Shown one piece after another: positions 48,648-58,637 of a DNA stretch of 64,000 nt. The DNA comes from Candidatus Binatia bacterium (GTDB lineage: Bacteria; Desulfobacterota; Binatia; Bin18), in NCBI GenBank assembly GCA_963666315.2, contig CAXXHG010000043.1:576001-640000 (forward strand), written 5' to 3'. Made by a program: the position numbers and the translations under genes. Position 1 is the first letter of the stretch, and each line of letters starts with the position of its first letter. The notes beneath the pieces were generated by a model. That model had not been told where the DNA came from, did not search any database, and was given only the letters and a program-made list of their open reading frames with translations.

Positions 48648-50120
48648 TCATAAAGGTCTTTTCTTAAGGAGCAGGGCTCTTTCCAAGCTGACACCAGCCG
48701 TTTCGAATTCTTCAGGCAGAGTCTTGGAGCCGACTGGATAGAGATAAAAGGGTCGTTCTTTTGCTGTAGGACTTCCATCTAAACTAATCTGAAGATGCCT
48801 ATGGAGATAGGCGTGAAGCTCCCAATCTCCCCGTTCCGAGGGATGGATCCCGATAATGTTTCCTGCAGGCACAATATGACTGATAGCCTGAAGATCGTGA
48901 AACACATCCGTATCCCTGTAAGGCGTATTTATTAGGAAGAGGGAAATCGTCCCTATGCACAGGAGCGCTCCCATCGCTATTCTATGCAGAAGGCGGAATG
49001 ATTGATCTTTCCATAGTGGTATTCTCCGATCAAACATTCTAGACAGGGACGGACAGAGCAGCAGGCTACAGGCAAGGGCAAAGAAAGGGAGAGTCGGAAC
49101 TATATAATATGAATGCTGTTTATAGCTAAGGAGGACAGGCAGGCTGCCAGACAGGGCGATGAGTAAACAGGCTGCGGCTTGGCGTGTCATTTTCTGCGGT
49201 AAGGACAGCGAGTTGTCATATCGTGCCAAGATAAAGATGAGAGCTATTATGACCAGGCTGGGTATGAGCTCCTTGGTCATAGAGAGGAGAAATGGCAGCG
49301 GGCCGATTTCGTTGATACCAGCCTGCGGTTGTCCCTTGAGGGAAGCGAGAACCTGATGACTGAGGTAGTGATTGAGGGCGACCCAGGCGGGTTCGTACAG
49401 CAGCAACAAGCCGAATAATCCGACCGCAGAAAAGATGCACAGCAGCGTAACCGAAACCCCTTTGCGGATGTCTGTAGGATCGACAACGATGACATATAAA
49501 AGCGGCGCCGTAAGAGGAAAAAGCCCAACAGGGCCTTTGGACAGAAAAGCAGCGACAACCAGCAGCCCGGCACAAAAAGCATACAGGATTTGTCGAAAGA
49601 GGTGCGGTGTATATAAAGCCTGGAAGCTGCAAACAAACGAAAGCAAACAAAAGACTGTGAGTGTATTTTCAAGAATATTATTTTGATACGCCCACTGCCA
49701 TCGAGGCATGGCGAGCCAGAGCAATATGGGAAGCCAAGTATAGCGGCGGAAACTGTCTTCTTCCCTTGTTACATAACACCACAGGCATACAATAGAGATT
49801 AAAGACAGGAGCATCGTTGTTAACGAATACAATTTTTCCACCAAATAATGGTCCCCCAGTAATATAAAGAAAAACGACTGTATAACGAATACTAATGGCG
49901 GGTGTTCATAAAATTCAGGATGTAATGTTGCTGTATAATAGGGTTTCCACCACTGTCCCAGCCCTATGGATAGATTCCTGCTGATAGTTGCATACGTCAC
50001 ACCATCATGAAACATGCCCCAAGCAGCCAAACGAGGTAGCAAGATTCCTGCTAGCAGAACCCATACGAATAGCCAACTTATCCGGTGAAAACTGGCCACG
50101 GCGGGCGTGTTGTTTGTCAT
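48648..50120 (-). CDS. GT-C (ArnT/PMT-like) membrane glycosyltransferase
   Basis: GMFHDGVTYA.ISRN, FYEHPPL, LSKGPVG, YYIVP; many TM helices. Confidence 0.78.
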   Translation of the reverse strand: MTNNTPAVASFHRISWLFVWVLLAGILLPRLAAWGMFHDGVTYATISRNLSIGLGQWWKPYYTATLHPEFYEHPPLVFVIQSFFFILLGDHYLVEKLYSLTTMLLSLISIVCLWCYVTREEDSFRRYTWLPILLWLAMPRWQWAYQNNILENTLTVFCLLSFVCSFQALYTPHLFRQILYAFCAGLLVVAAFLSKGPVGLFPLTAPLLYVIVVDPTDIRKGVSVTLLCIFSAVGLFGLLLLYEPAWVALNHYLSHQVLASLKGQPQAGINEIGPLPFLLSMTKELIPSLVIIALIFILARYDNSLSLPQKMTRQAAACLLIALSGSLPVLLSYKQHSYYIVPTLPFFALACSLLLCPSLSRMFDRRIPLWKDQSFRLLHRIAMGALLCIGTISLFLINTPYRDTDVFHDLQAISHIVPAGNIIGIHPSERGDWELHAYLHRHLQISLDGSPTAKERPFYLYPVGSKTLPEEFETAGVSLERALLLKKRPL

Positions 50121-50359
50121 AGTGAGAGACTATGGAAGACGGTCGTCGGCAAATTTGGCAAATCGGGAAAGTATGCGCATCCAGAATAGTGCAGAGCAGA
50201 TCACGGATCATTTATACTGGCATACTGAGGAAATAAGGTTCCTAAGACGCAAACGGCATTGATGCCGGTCTAAAGCTATATGTGGCCATTGTTGTTGAGC
50301 TCCGGCTTTGAGACCCTACCCTTGTAGAGCAGGCACTGCTGCCTGACCCGGTGAGCCTC

Positions 50360-52351
50360 TTACCCCTTTTTTACCATCCCCGTCTTTGTCGTCTCGTAGC
50401 CATCGAGTTGCTCAACGGCTTGCTTGAAGGAGTCGGAACGAATGACTGCAACAAGCCGTTGTCCTGTGTCGCTCTTGAAGAAGTCTTTTTGAAAGACGAG
50501 ATCGTATTCTTCACGCTCAATGGGAACAAAGTCGAGGCCCAAGGCTTTAGCCGCTGACTTCACACCCAGGCCGGTATCAACCAGGCCGCTGGCAATGGCC
50601 ACGGCCACGGCCATATGAGTAGTTTCTTCGCGTTCATAGCCTGTGATGCGTTCCGGCTTGATATGCAGCCTGTCGAGCTTATAGTCCAGCAGCACGCGCG
50701 TGCCAGCGCCGGGTTGGCGGTTGATGAAGGTCACATCTTTACGGGTCAGGTCTCTGAGGTTTTTGATCTTTTTCGGGTTGCCCTGAGGAATAATCAGCCC
50801 CTGTTCTCGAATGACCAGTGTCATCACGACTGACCTGGCCAAAAGTTTTTGTTTTTTTACGTCCGGTATATTGTACACACCAGTGGCAGGATCAAGCAGG
50901 TGGGTGCCGATTATATGCGCTTCGCCTCGTTTGAGCGCTACGAGGCCGCCGAGCGAGCCGATATTGCTGGCTGATATTTTGAGGCCGGGATAATGCGCCC
51001 GGAGCTGATCGTTGAGTACGCCTATGGTGAGGTCATTACTGCCGGTAAACAAAATGGTATTGTCGATTTCTTCAGCCGGACGCAGCAGTTCGATTGTGAC
51101 CTCTTGTCCAGCGTTCAAGCCTTCGTCCAAAGCGGGAATACGCAAAACCCCGTCGGCCCTGACCATGGTGGTGATGACCCCAGCACCGCGTCCTATGGGG
51201 GTAGCGATGAGCTTGTCTCCAACCCGACCGAGGTTTACTCGCACAAACTCTTCCAGACCGAGGCGTGAAGGGACTTTACGCGGCAGCATGGCTCGAATCT
51301 TTTGCGGCTCTTCTGCCGGACGGCCTAGATAATGGGCGATGAGTTTGCGCAGGACCTGCTGACAGATGACCACGGCTGAGACTGGATAGCCGGGCAGGCC
51401 GATTACCGGTTTGCCGTCAATCACGGCTAGAATCGCCGGCTTACCGGGCATGACGTCAATGCCATGCACCAGGATGTCACCCTGCGACTCTAAAGCACGG
51501 ACGGTAAAGTCATGCTCACCGGCTGAGGAACCTGCAATGATGATGACAATGTCATGATTCTTGACTGCCTTTGCCAGTGCGCGGGTAATGGGTTTCAGAT
51601 CATCGCCTACGCGCGCCAAACGTTTTGGCTTACCGCCCCATTCTTCAACAAAGGCGGCGGTAATTCGCGAGTTAAATTCAATAATCTGGCCTGGCTTGGC
51701 AGGGTCGCCGGGCTCAATCAACTCAGAGCCGGTGGGAATAATACCCACGGTCGGCGGGGCAACCACAGGAATTTCAGTATGGCCGGCGGCAAGCAGTGCG
51801 CCCAGGTCATACGGCCGTAGCTTATGCCCGCGTGGCAAGAGCGGCTCAGTGGCAACAATGTCTTCTCCTACCAGCCGGACATGCTGCCAGGGCGTTGAGG
51901 CGTCCCGAATCTCAACTTCTGTGTCATTCTTCTTGAACACCCGCTCAATCATAATGACCGCATTAGCCCAGGTCGGGAGCGGGTTACCTGTGTCCACGTA
52001 CTGAAACGGCGGCTGAGACGATACGTCTTTATTCCTCTGACTTCGCTGTCTGTTTTTTGCGACTCGGTTGAGAATCACAGGAGAGAATTCACTTGCCCCA
52101 AAAGTATCCTCAGCCCGCACGGCAATGCCGTCCATAGCTGCACCATGATAATGCGGGGCGGACAGGACCGCAAAAATCGGCCCGGCCGTGGTGCAATGGA
52201 GCGCTTTTTCAACTGCCACATATGCGGTCTTCGTGTGTGGTGGTACTGCTCCTAGGAAGACGTCGAGCGCTTCGCCCAGCGACTTCTTTTTGAGATAGCG
52301 TTTGCGGTCTGTCTTGGGGGATGGATGTCCAGCCGTATGATGGTCGTGCAT
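50360..52351 (-). CDS. moeA: Molybdopterin molybdo/tungstotransferase MoeA fused to a PBP-like domain
   Basis: AMDGIAV, VDTGNP.P, IPTGSE, GSSAG, PGKP, GLPGYP; C-terminal GSND...GSLGGL.AL...H...NRQ.GAGTR.LLD. Confidence 0.88.
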   Translation of the reverse strand: MHDHHTAGHPSPKTDRKRYLKKKSLGEALDVFLGAVPPHTKTAYVAVEKALHCTTAGPIFAVLSAPHYHGAAMDGIAVRAEDTFGASEFSPVILNRVAKNRQRSQRNKDVSSQPPFQYVDTGNPLPTWANAVIMIERVFKKNDTEVEIRDASTPWQHVRLVGEDIVATEPLLPRGHKLRPYDLGALLAAGHTEIPVVAPPTVGIIPTGSELIEPGDPAKPGQIIEFNSRITAAFVEEWGGKPKRLARVGDDLKPITRALAKAVKNHDIVIIIAGSSAGEHDFTVRALESQGDILVHGIDVMPGKPAILAVIDGKPVIGLPGYPVSAVVICQQVLRKLIAHYLGRPAEEPQKIRAMLPRKVPSRLGLEEFVRVNLGRVGDKLIATPIGRGAGVITTMVRADGVLRIPALDEGLNAGQEVTIELLRPAEEIDNTILFTGSNDLTIGVLNDQLRAHYPGLKISASNIGSLGGLVALKRGEAHIIGTHLLDPATGVYNIPDVKKQKLLARSVVMTLVIREQGLIIPQGNPKKIKNLRDLTRKDVTFINRQPGAGTRVLLDYKLDRLHIKPERITGYEREETTHMAVAVAIASGLVDTGLGVKSAAKALGLDFVPIEREEYDLVFQKDFFKSDTGQRLVAVIRSDSFKQAVEQLDGYETTKTGMVKKG

Positions 52352-52360
52352 GGTGAACCA

Positions 52361-53635
52361 CTAAAACACAATGACCTCAACTTCTTCCCCAGCCTCGCGA
52401 CCTTCTTCGTTATGTGGGATACATACCATCCCATCGGCTTGCACAAGGCTGAAGATCGCGCCTGATTTTCCTGGTAAGGGCTGGGCAAGCTGGGAGCCGG
52501 TGTCGTTGTGGAGTCTCACCCGCACATAATCCTCGCGTCCGGGTGCTGAAGCAATATTTTGTGCCAGCCGTGCCCGGACTGTCCGTAGCGGAATAAAGGC
52601 AGTGTCAGCAGACTCGCCACCGATCATGCGCACTAGCGGCGCACCGAACAACGCAAACACAACCAAGGCGGATACGGGATGGCCCGGCAGACCCATGACT
52701 GGCTTACCGGCTGCTTTGGCAAAAATCGTTGGTTTGCCCGGCGCTATCGAAATGCCGTGAAAGAACAGCTCAGAGCGCGGGAACGAACGAATCACATCTA
52801 GAGCCATATCTTTTATGCCAACCGAGCTGCCACCGGAAATCATGACCACGTCGGCAACTTTGAGGGCTGTGGTCATGGCCTGGGTAAATGCCTGTGCGTC
52901 GTCTTTTATGACTCCCAGGTCGGTCACCTCACCGCCACACTCGGCAATCATGGCTCGCAACGAGTATTGATTGACATTCCGAATCTGTCCCGGTCTTGGC
53001 GTTTTTTCGGGTGGGACGATTTCATCCCCGGTTGAAATGAGAGCAACTGTCGGACGGCGGTACACGGGAACCTTGCGAATCCCCACGCCGGTGAGTGCGC
53101 CTATGTCCTGCGCACGCAGGCGCCGACCCACCGGAAAGATGGGTTTTTTCTTTTTTATATCCTCGCCAATCCGCAGAATATTCTCCCACGGGGATACACT
53201 GCGCAGGATCTCAACCGTTCCGTCGCCCAGCTCTTCGGTATATTCAACCATGACCATAGAGTTTGCACCCGGTGGCAACATACCGCCGGTGGCAATCCGC
53301 ATGGTCTCGCCCTTTTTAAGTTTGTATTTGGCCTCTTTACCCATCTCTATTGCGCCGACTAATTTCAGATAGGCAGGCAGACTGGCGGATGCGCCGAACG
53401 TGTCCCGGGCGCGGACGGCATAGCCGTCCATGTTTGTGCGGTTGAAGTGGGGCAGATCGACGGGCGAGGTGAGCGGCTGGGCGAGAATACGTCCGCCTGA
53501 TTCCAGCACAGGCACGTTCTCACTCTGTGTGTGGGGAGCAAAGGCTGCGAGCTGCACGCGGGCCTGGGCTGAGCTGACCACACGAAAAAACGCCTTAACC
53601 GGGGCGGGTGCTAGAGCCGCCGATGCGCGAGGCAC
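52361..53635 (-). CDS. moeA: Molybdopterin molybdotransferase MoeA
   Basis: MDGYAV, IATGG.LP.GA, STGDE, SGGSSVG, PGKPT, GLPGHP. Confidence 0.9.
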   Translation of the reverse strand: MPRASAALAPAPVKAFFRVVSSAQARVQLAAFAPHTQSENVPVLESGGRILAQPLTSPVDLPHFNRTNMDGYAVRARDTFGASASLPAYLKLVGAIEMGKEAKYKLKKGETMRIATGGMLPPGANSMVMVEYTEELGDGTVEILRSVSPWENILRIGEDIKKKKPIFPVGRRLRAQDIGALTGVGIRKVPVYRRPTVALISTGDEIVPPEKTPRPGQIRNVNQYSLRAMIAECGGEVTDLGVIKDDAQAFTQAMTTALKVADVVMISGGSSVGIKDMALDVIRSFPRSELFFHGISIAPGKPTIFAKAAGKPVMGLPGHPVSALVVFALFGAPLVRMIGGESADTAFIPLRTVRARLAQNIASAPGREDYVRVRLHNDTGSQLAQPLPGKSGAIFSLVQADGMVCIPHNEEGREAGEEVEVIVF

Positions 53636-54414
53636 GGCAATTCCCTCCTGACTTTTTCAAGATAATCGAGATCGATCTCTGCAGTAATAACACATTCTTT
53701 ATCCGGAGCGCGGGCGAGGATTTTCCCCCACGGATCAATAATCATGGAGTTGCCGTAATCCGCAAATCCGTACACATTTTTGCCAATCTGGTTGGGCGCC
53801 ACGATATAGACTTGGTTTTCAATCGCTCTGGCCCGCAGCAAAGCCTCCCAATGGGCAGCTCCAGTTGGAGAAGTGAACGCTGACGGAACAAAAACGATCT
53901 GTGCGCCTCTGTGTGTCAGTCCTCGGTATAATTCAGGAAAGCGAAGGTCATAACAGACGGAAAGACCGACCGTGCCCAGCGGTGTTGTGGCTGTAACGAC
54001 CTCTTCACCCGGCTTCATACTATCTGACTCTTTTATGCTGACCTGGCCTGGAATATCGACATCAAAGAGGTGGATTTTCCGGTAACAGGCGAGGATATCA
54101 CCCTCTGGGCTGAAGAGGAGGCTGGTGTTATACGCGCGTGACTCGTCGGATTTCTCAAGAAACGAGCCAGCCAGAAGATGGATAGCATAACGAGTTGCCA
54201 GTTCCTGGAGTCGACGTGTGGTAGGACCTGGGATGGACTCGACCTGCGCCGGCTCTTTTCTGTGCCGGCCGCGCCACGAGAATACCTCTGGTAGTACGAC
54301 GAGAGCGGCTCCTCGTTCTGCTGCCATCCGGACAAATGTCTCGGCCTTAGCGAGATTCTCTGCCTTGGAAGACGAGGCCGTCATTTGTACTGCTGCCGCA
54401 AGATAGGATCGCAT
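53611..54414 (-). CDS. Carbon-nitrogen hydrolase (Nit1-like deaminated-glutathione amidase)
   Basis: LPE, YRKIHLFD, VCYDLRFPE, HWE.LLRARAIENQ, IIDPWG. Confidence 0.88.
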   Translation of the reverse strand: MRSYLAAAVQMTASSSKAENLAKAETFVRMAAERGAALVVLPEVFSWRGRHRKEPAQVESIPGPTTRRLQELATRYAIHLLAGSFLEKSDESRAYNTSLLFSPEGDILACYRKIHLFDVDIPGQVSIKESDSMKPGEEVVTATTPLGTVGLSVCYDLRFPELYRGLTHRGAQIVFVPSAFTSPTGAAHWEALLRARAIENQVYIVAPNQIGKNVYGFADYGNSMIIDPWGKILARAPDKECVITAEIDLDYLEKVRRELPCLAHRRL

Positions 54415-54543
54415 CGCTCGTATTCCTTACATACTCCGAGGACGAAGACTAGCGAACGCCTCAGACAGGGTCAAGGCAATATATGCGGGTACTTTGCGGC
54501 ACTGGTGTGTTCCGATAGGCAGACGCTACGGGACGCTGAAACA

Positions 54544-56265
54544 GTGGACGAAAAAGAGCTTCCAAAAAGCACGGGTTTTATCCTCATCGGCCTGAGTAGC
54601 ATCATCCTTCTTCTCCCGCTCTCCCTGATGCAGGTGACCAGCGGCCATGAGGCGCAAGAGGGACTGCGGCTGCGCGCTTTGCTAGAGGGCAGGCAGTGGC
54701 TCTTTCCTGAAGGACTGACAAAGCCGCCGTTGTTCTATTGGCTGGGGGGGTTGATCGCGCAGCTTCGTGGCGGCGTGATTGATATCCTCTCTCTCCGCCT
54801 TCCGTCCGGACTTTTGGCAACATGCGGTGTCCTGGCTGTCTTTTGGCTTGGGCGCTCCGCAATCCCACCGACGGGAAGTTTTCTGGCCGCCTGCATCTTG
54901 CTGACCTCGCCTTTGTATGTATGGCAGGCGCACAGTGGACGCATTGATATGACGCTGTGCTTCTTTGTCACGCTGGGTCTCTTGGCCTTCTTCTGGGGCT
55001 ATAGGCAAGGGCAACAAGGTGGTGAACGCCGATCCAGCTTGTGGCTCTTGAGCGTGTATAGCTCGCTAACGCTGGCAGTCTTGAGCAAAGGTCCGGTCGG
55101 CGCGGTATTAATTCTCCTGCCTATTGTCGTTTTTCTGTGCTGGCGCAGAGAATTCCACTGGTTTCGGCTTTTGCTCCGACCTGTTCCGCTGCTCCTCTGT
55201 GCTTTGGTTATCCTCGGCTGGTATGGCGGGGCGTTGTTGGAGGATGGATCGGATATTTGGCAAACGCAGATTCTCATCGAGAACCTGGCTCGCTTTGCGG
55301 GGAATATCGATACCACCTCGCCATTCTATTATATCGAGCCTGTGCTGAGTATGTTTGCTCCGTGGAGCCTGGTGTTGCCGTTTGCCTTGTGGCAGGCGGT
55401 GAAAGAACGTGAACACCACCCCGGTCCTTTTTTTCTTGCCGTCTGGTGGATAACGATCGTGCTGTTCTTTCAATTTGCGGCGTATAAGCGCATTCGCTAT
55501 ATGCTGCCCACGCAGCCGGCTGCCGCCCTACTCGTGGGCTGGTGGCTTACAACGCATCTCCCAGAAAGACTGACGACTTGGAAAGAACGATGCTGGTGGA
55601 AGCCTGTGGTAGTGTGTGTTGCCTTCCTGTTGGGTCTCCTGTTCCTGGCAGGAGTTGGTGTCATTATTGGCATCACGCTGCACGGAACTGACGCGATTAC
55701 CTGGCTGTTACCGCTGCTGAAGACCAAAACTCAGGCGCAGGTTCTGGTGTACGCTCAGTGGCTTGCCAGCTATGCCTGGCCGAGTCTCATCGTCTGGCTG
55801 TGTATGGCTGGAGCCGGCTCGATTCTGTGCCGTAGCCTGCTGTGCGGAGAGCTACGCCCAGCGTTCCTGGCCCTGCTCGTTTTGTTGGGTATGTCGTATG
55901 CAGCCGTCTATCCATCTTGGGCTGTTGTGAAGAGCTGGGCCGGCTCGCCCCAGGATTTTGCCCATACGATCATAGCTAGGACAGGACAGAACAGAACTGG
56001 ACAAACGCGCGCTCTCTCTTTTATCGGCCCTAGTGCGATCCGGGGTTTGCCCATTATGTTTTACCTCAAGCAGCGGGTGGCCGTCGTCGTAGTGGAGTGG
56101 AAGCCAGGTGCTCAGCAGCCACCGCTCGCCGGCGGGTATTACCTTGTGGCCAAGGAGAGGATAAAAGAACTGGGTCCCACGTTCGGGAAAACCTGGGTGG
56201 AAATTTTGCATGACACCAGCGCATCACACTGGCCATTCGTTATATTCCGCTATGCGGCTGCCTGA
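54544..56265 (+). CDS. ArnT-family (GT83) membrane glycosyltransferase
   Basis: TKPPLFYW, LRLPS, GRIDM, LSKGPVG, PFYY, PWS, KRIRYMLP; start uncertain. Confidence 0.8.
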   Translation: MDEKELPKSTGFILIGLSSIILLLPLSLMQVTSGHEAQEGLRLRALLEGRQWLFPEGLTKPPLFYWLGGLIAQLRGGVIDILSLRLPSGLLATCGVLAVFWLGRSAIPPTGSFLAACILLTSPLYVWQAHSGRIDMTLCFFVTLGLLAFFWGYRQGQQGGERRSSLWLLSVYSSLTLAVLSKGPVGAVLILLPIVVFLCWRREFHWFRLLLRPVPLLLCALVILGWYGGALLEDGSDIWQTQILIENLARFAGNIDTTSPFYYIEPVLSMFAPWSLVLPFALWQAVKEREHHPGPFFLAVWWITIVLFFQFAAYKRIRYMLPTQPAAALLVGWWLTTHLPERLTTWKERCWWKPVVVCVAFLLGLLFLAGVGVIIGITLHGTDAITWLLPLLKTKTQAQVLVYAQWLASYAWPSLIVWLCMAGAGSILCRSLLCGELRPAFLALLVLLGMSYAAVYPSWAVVKSWAGSPQDFAHTIIARTGQNRTGQTRALSFIGPSAIRGLPIMFYLKQRVAVVVVEWKPGAQQPPLAGGYYLVAKERIKELGPTFGKTWVEILHDTSASHWPFVIFRYAAA

Positions 56266-56275
56266 AAGGAGATCG

Positions 56276-56557
56276 GTGCTGCAATTGGTACGTAGTGGGT
56301 GCAGGCTGTGGCTATTCTTGAGCCTGCTCTTGTCAGGCTGCCAAATGGTTCAACCCGCGCTCTCATTTACTGAGTCAGGCCGCGACTGGCAACTTGGGCA
56401 GGTATTAAGCCAGCGGTCGGAGCTTGAAGAACAATACCGGCAGTGTCTGATCGATCGGCAGAGAGGCCAAACAGGTGAGGCAAGCGATGCAAGTGATAAT
56501 TGTTCTGCGTATAAGGCAGAGCTGGAGAAACCGATTGTCCTACCTGTCGAGCAGTAA
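56276..56557 (+). CDS. Small lipoprotein
   Basis: SD AAGGAG + GTG 56276; hydrophobic stretch ending in lipobox LSGC. Confidence 0.55.
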   Translation: MLQLVRSGCRLWLFLSLLLSGCQMVQPALSFTESGRDWQLGQVLSQRSELEEQYRQCLIDRQRGQTGEASDASDNCSAYKAELEKPIVLPVEQ

Positions 56558-56570
56558 GCATATACTCGGC

Positions 56571-56598
56571 GGAGGGGCAATGCACGAATTGCCCCTAT
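56571..56598. repeat. GTAG-family REP palindrome
   Basis: GGAGGGGCAATGCACGAATTGCCCCTAT, same family as 22438-22460. Confidence 0.6.
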
Positions 56599-56619
56599 AT
56601 AAAGACGGCGACCTCGAAT

Positions 56620-57384
56620 TCATGATTTCGAGGTCGGCAAGTCCATGACCGCCATACCTTCCAGAGCCAGGCCATAACCCAGCCCGTCGAGCATTAGTTT
56701 TTTGATCTGGTGGGTAAGGGATATGCGTGCATAGCGTAGGGTCAGCGGCGGCTGTTTAGCCAATTGTTCAGCCAGCTCCCAGGCGCGAGCAGACAGCTGG
56801 TCCTGGGGCATGACTTCATTCACCACCCCGAGGGTGAGCGATTCTTGGGCGGACAGCTTTTGTCCGGTCAGAAGAAAATAGCGTCCTCGATTCGCTCCCA
56901 AAAGTAAAGGCCAGACCAGATGGACGCCGTCGCCCGGCACGATGCCGTTTGGGAAGTGGGGCGCGTCTTGAAAGGCTGCGGTGTCGGAGGCCAGTACGAT
57001 ATCGCACAGAGCAGGGATCTCTGCATGGATGAGTGCCGGCCCGTTCACTGCGGCAATCATAGGGACAGGAATATCGAGCAGATTCATCAGCAGGCGTTTA
57101 CCTTCCCAATACACCGTGTCCCACCCGCGCGGGGTACCCAGGCTGTCGCCAAAGCTGGCAAAATCAATATCCGCACAATAGGCATCCCCTGTCCCGGTGA
57201 GGATGACTACTTTGTTGTCCGGATCGGCGCCGATGTCGACACAGGCATGTCCAATTTCCCGGTGGACAGGCTCGTTCCATACCAGCGGCCCATCGTTGGT
57301 ATGGAAGGTCACTTCCAGAATACCGTCGCGGCGCTGCATTTTCATCGTTTCGTACTTATGGGCATAGTCTTCGAATTGGCTCAT
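56620..57384 (-). CDS. Crotonase-family protein, 6-oxocamphor hydrolase-like
   Basis: VILTGTG, IAAVNGPA, FQDAPHFPNGIVPGDG, RGRYFLLTGQ. Confidence 0.82.
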   Translation of the reverse strand: MSQFEDYAHKYETMKMQRRDGILEVTFHTNDGPLVWNEPVHREIGHACVDIGADPDNKVVILTGTGDAYCADIDFASFGDSLGTPRGWDTVYWEGKRLLMNLLDIPVPMIAAVNGPALIHAEIPALCDIVLASDTAAFQDAPHFPNGIVPGDGVHLVWPLLLGANRGRYFLLTGQKLSAQESLTLGVVNEVMPQDQLSARAWELAEQLAKQPPLTLRYARISLTHQIKKLMLDGLGYGLALEGMAVMDLPTSKS

Positions 57385-57473
57385 CTTGTCCCTCCTTTGC
57401 TAAACTGCTTTTCTTCTATCTCTTGTCTTCATGCACTGTCGAGAGAGAGAGAAAAAAGATGTCAGGAGATCTG

Positions 57474-57745
57474 ATGCGTTTCGTCGATCAGTTTCATGTG
57501 ATCCTACTGGATATGGCCACGACCTTTGCGTTTGGTGTTAACCGTTTTTCTGAGGAGATATTGTTGGGGCCAAAGGGGTCGGGCTGGCTGCGGTGTGGAT
57601 TAACGCCCAGCAAGACTAGAGGGCGGACAAGGTGGACGAAGCGGACCAGAACGTTCGGCCCGATCTGGTTATCCGAAATCTGCCCGAACTGCTTGCCGAA
57701 ACGGGTGTGAAGCGTGTAAATGAAAAAAAAGGACACAGCACATGA
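57474..57745 (+). pseudogene. HAD-family hydrolase remnant (internal deletion, frameshift, stop)
   Basis: SD AGGAG; N-terminal VILLDM..TF joined out of frame to C-terminal DIVGAKGVGLAAVWIN...*...PDLVI.NLPEL; ATGA overlap with the phzF-like start. Confidence 0.55.
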
Positions 57746-58628
57746 ATGCTCGCATTTTTCATATTGTTGACGTGTTTGCGGAGAAAAATTTACCGGCAAC
57801 CAGCTTGCCGTCTGCTTAAATGCAGGCGACCTGACTGACGGGCAGATGCAAGGCATTGCCAAAGAAATGCACTTCTCAGAGACAACGTTTATTGTCTCCG
57901 ACAGCCAGCCTAACGGGGGCTATGACGTTCGCATCTTCAGCCCAAAGGAAGAGGTGCCTTTTGCCGGGCATCCAACCTTGGGTACGGCGTATGTCATCCA
58001 GAGCGAGATGCTGCAGGAGCCTGTAGAGCAAGTTCTCCTCAATCTCACCGTGGGACAGATTCTGGTGACGTTTACCTATGACGGTGGCGAGGCGGACATC
58101 CTGTGGATGCAGCAAAAAGAGGCAACGTTCGGTCGACAGCTCGATCCCAAAAATATGGCTGAGGTGTTAGGAATCAAGCCTGCAGACCTGGATGAACGAT
58201 TCCCAGTTGAAGAAGTCTCCACTGGACTGCCACATATTATTGTTCCGCTAAAGACCCTGGAGAGTGTGCGACGCATTCAGGTTGCCAGGGACAAATACTT
58301 TGCTTTAATCGAACAGCAATGGGCAAGATCCATTCTCGTGTTTTGCCAAGAGACCTATCAGTCGCAGAATCAGGTCAACGTCCGCGTCTTTGCCGAGTAC
58401 TACGCTGTCCCGGAAGACCCTGCCACTGGGAGTGGAAATGGATGTCTGGCTGGATATTTGGTCAAACACCACTACTGGGGCAGCAATCAGATCGACGTGC
58501 GATCGGAACAAGGCTATGAAATCGACCAACCGTCGCTTCTTCTCCTCCAAGCGCAGGAGGGCGATGGACAGATTGCGGTTGCCGTTGGTGGGAAGGTCAT
58601 ACAGATTGCTAAGGGAGAATTTATTTAG
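57742..58628 (+). pseudogene. PhzF-family epimerase/isomerase with a one-base deletion in an A run near 57785
   Basis: IVDVFAE|FTGNQLAV in different frames; SETTF, EVPFAGHPTLG, EDPATGSG. Confidence 0.78.
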
Positions 58629-58637
58629 CAGAAAAGA

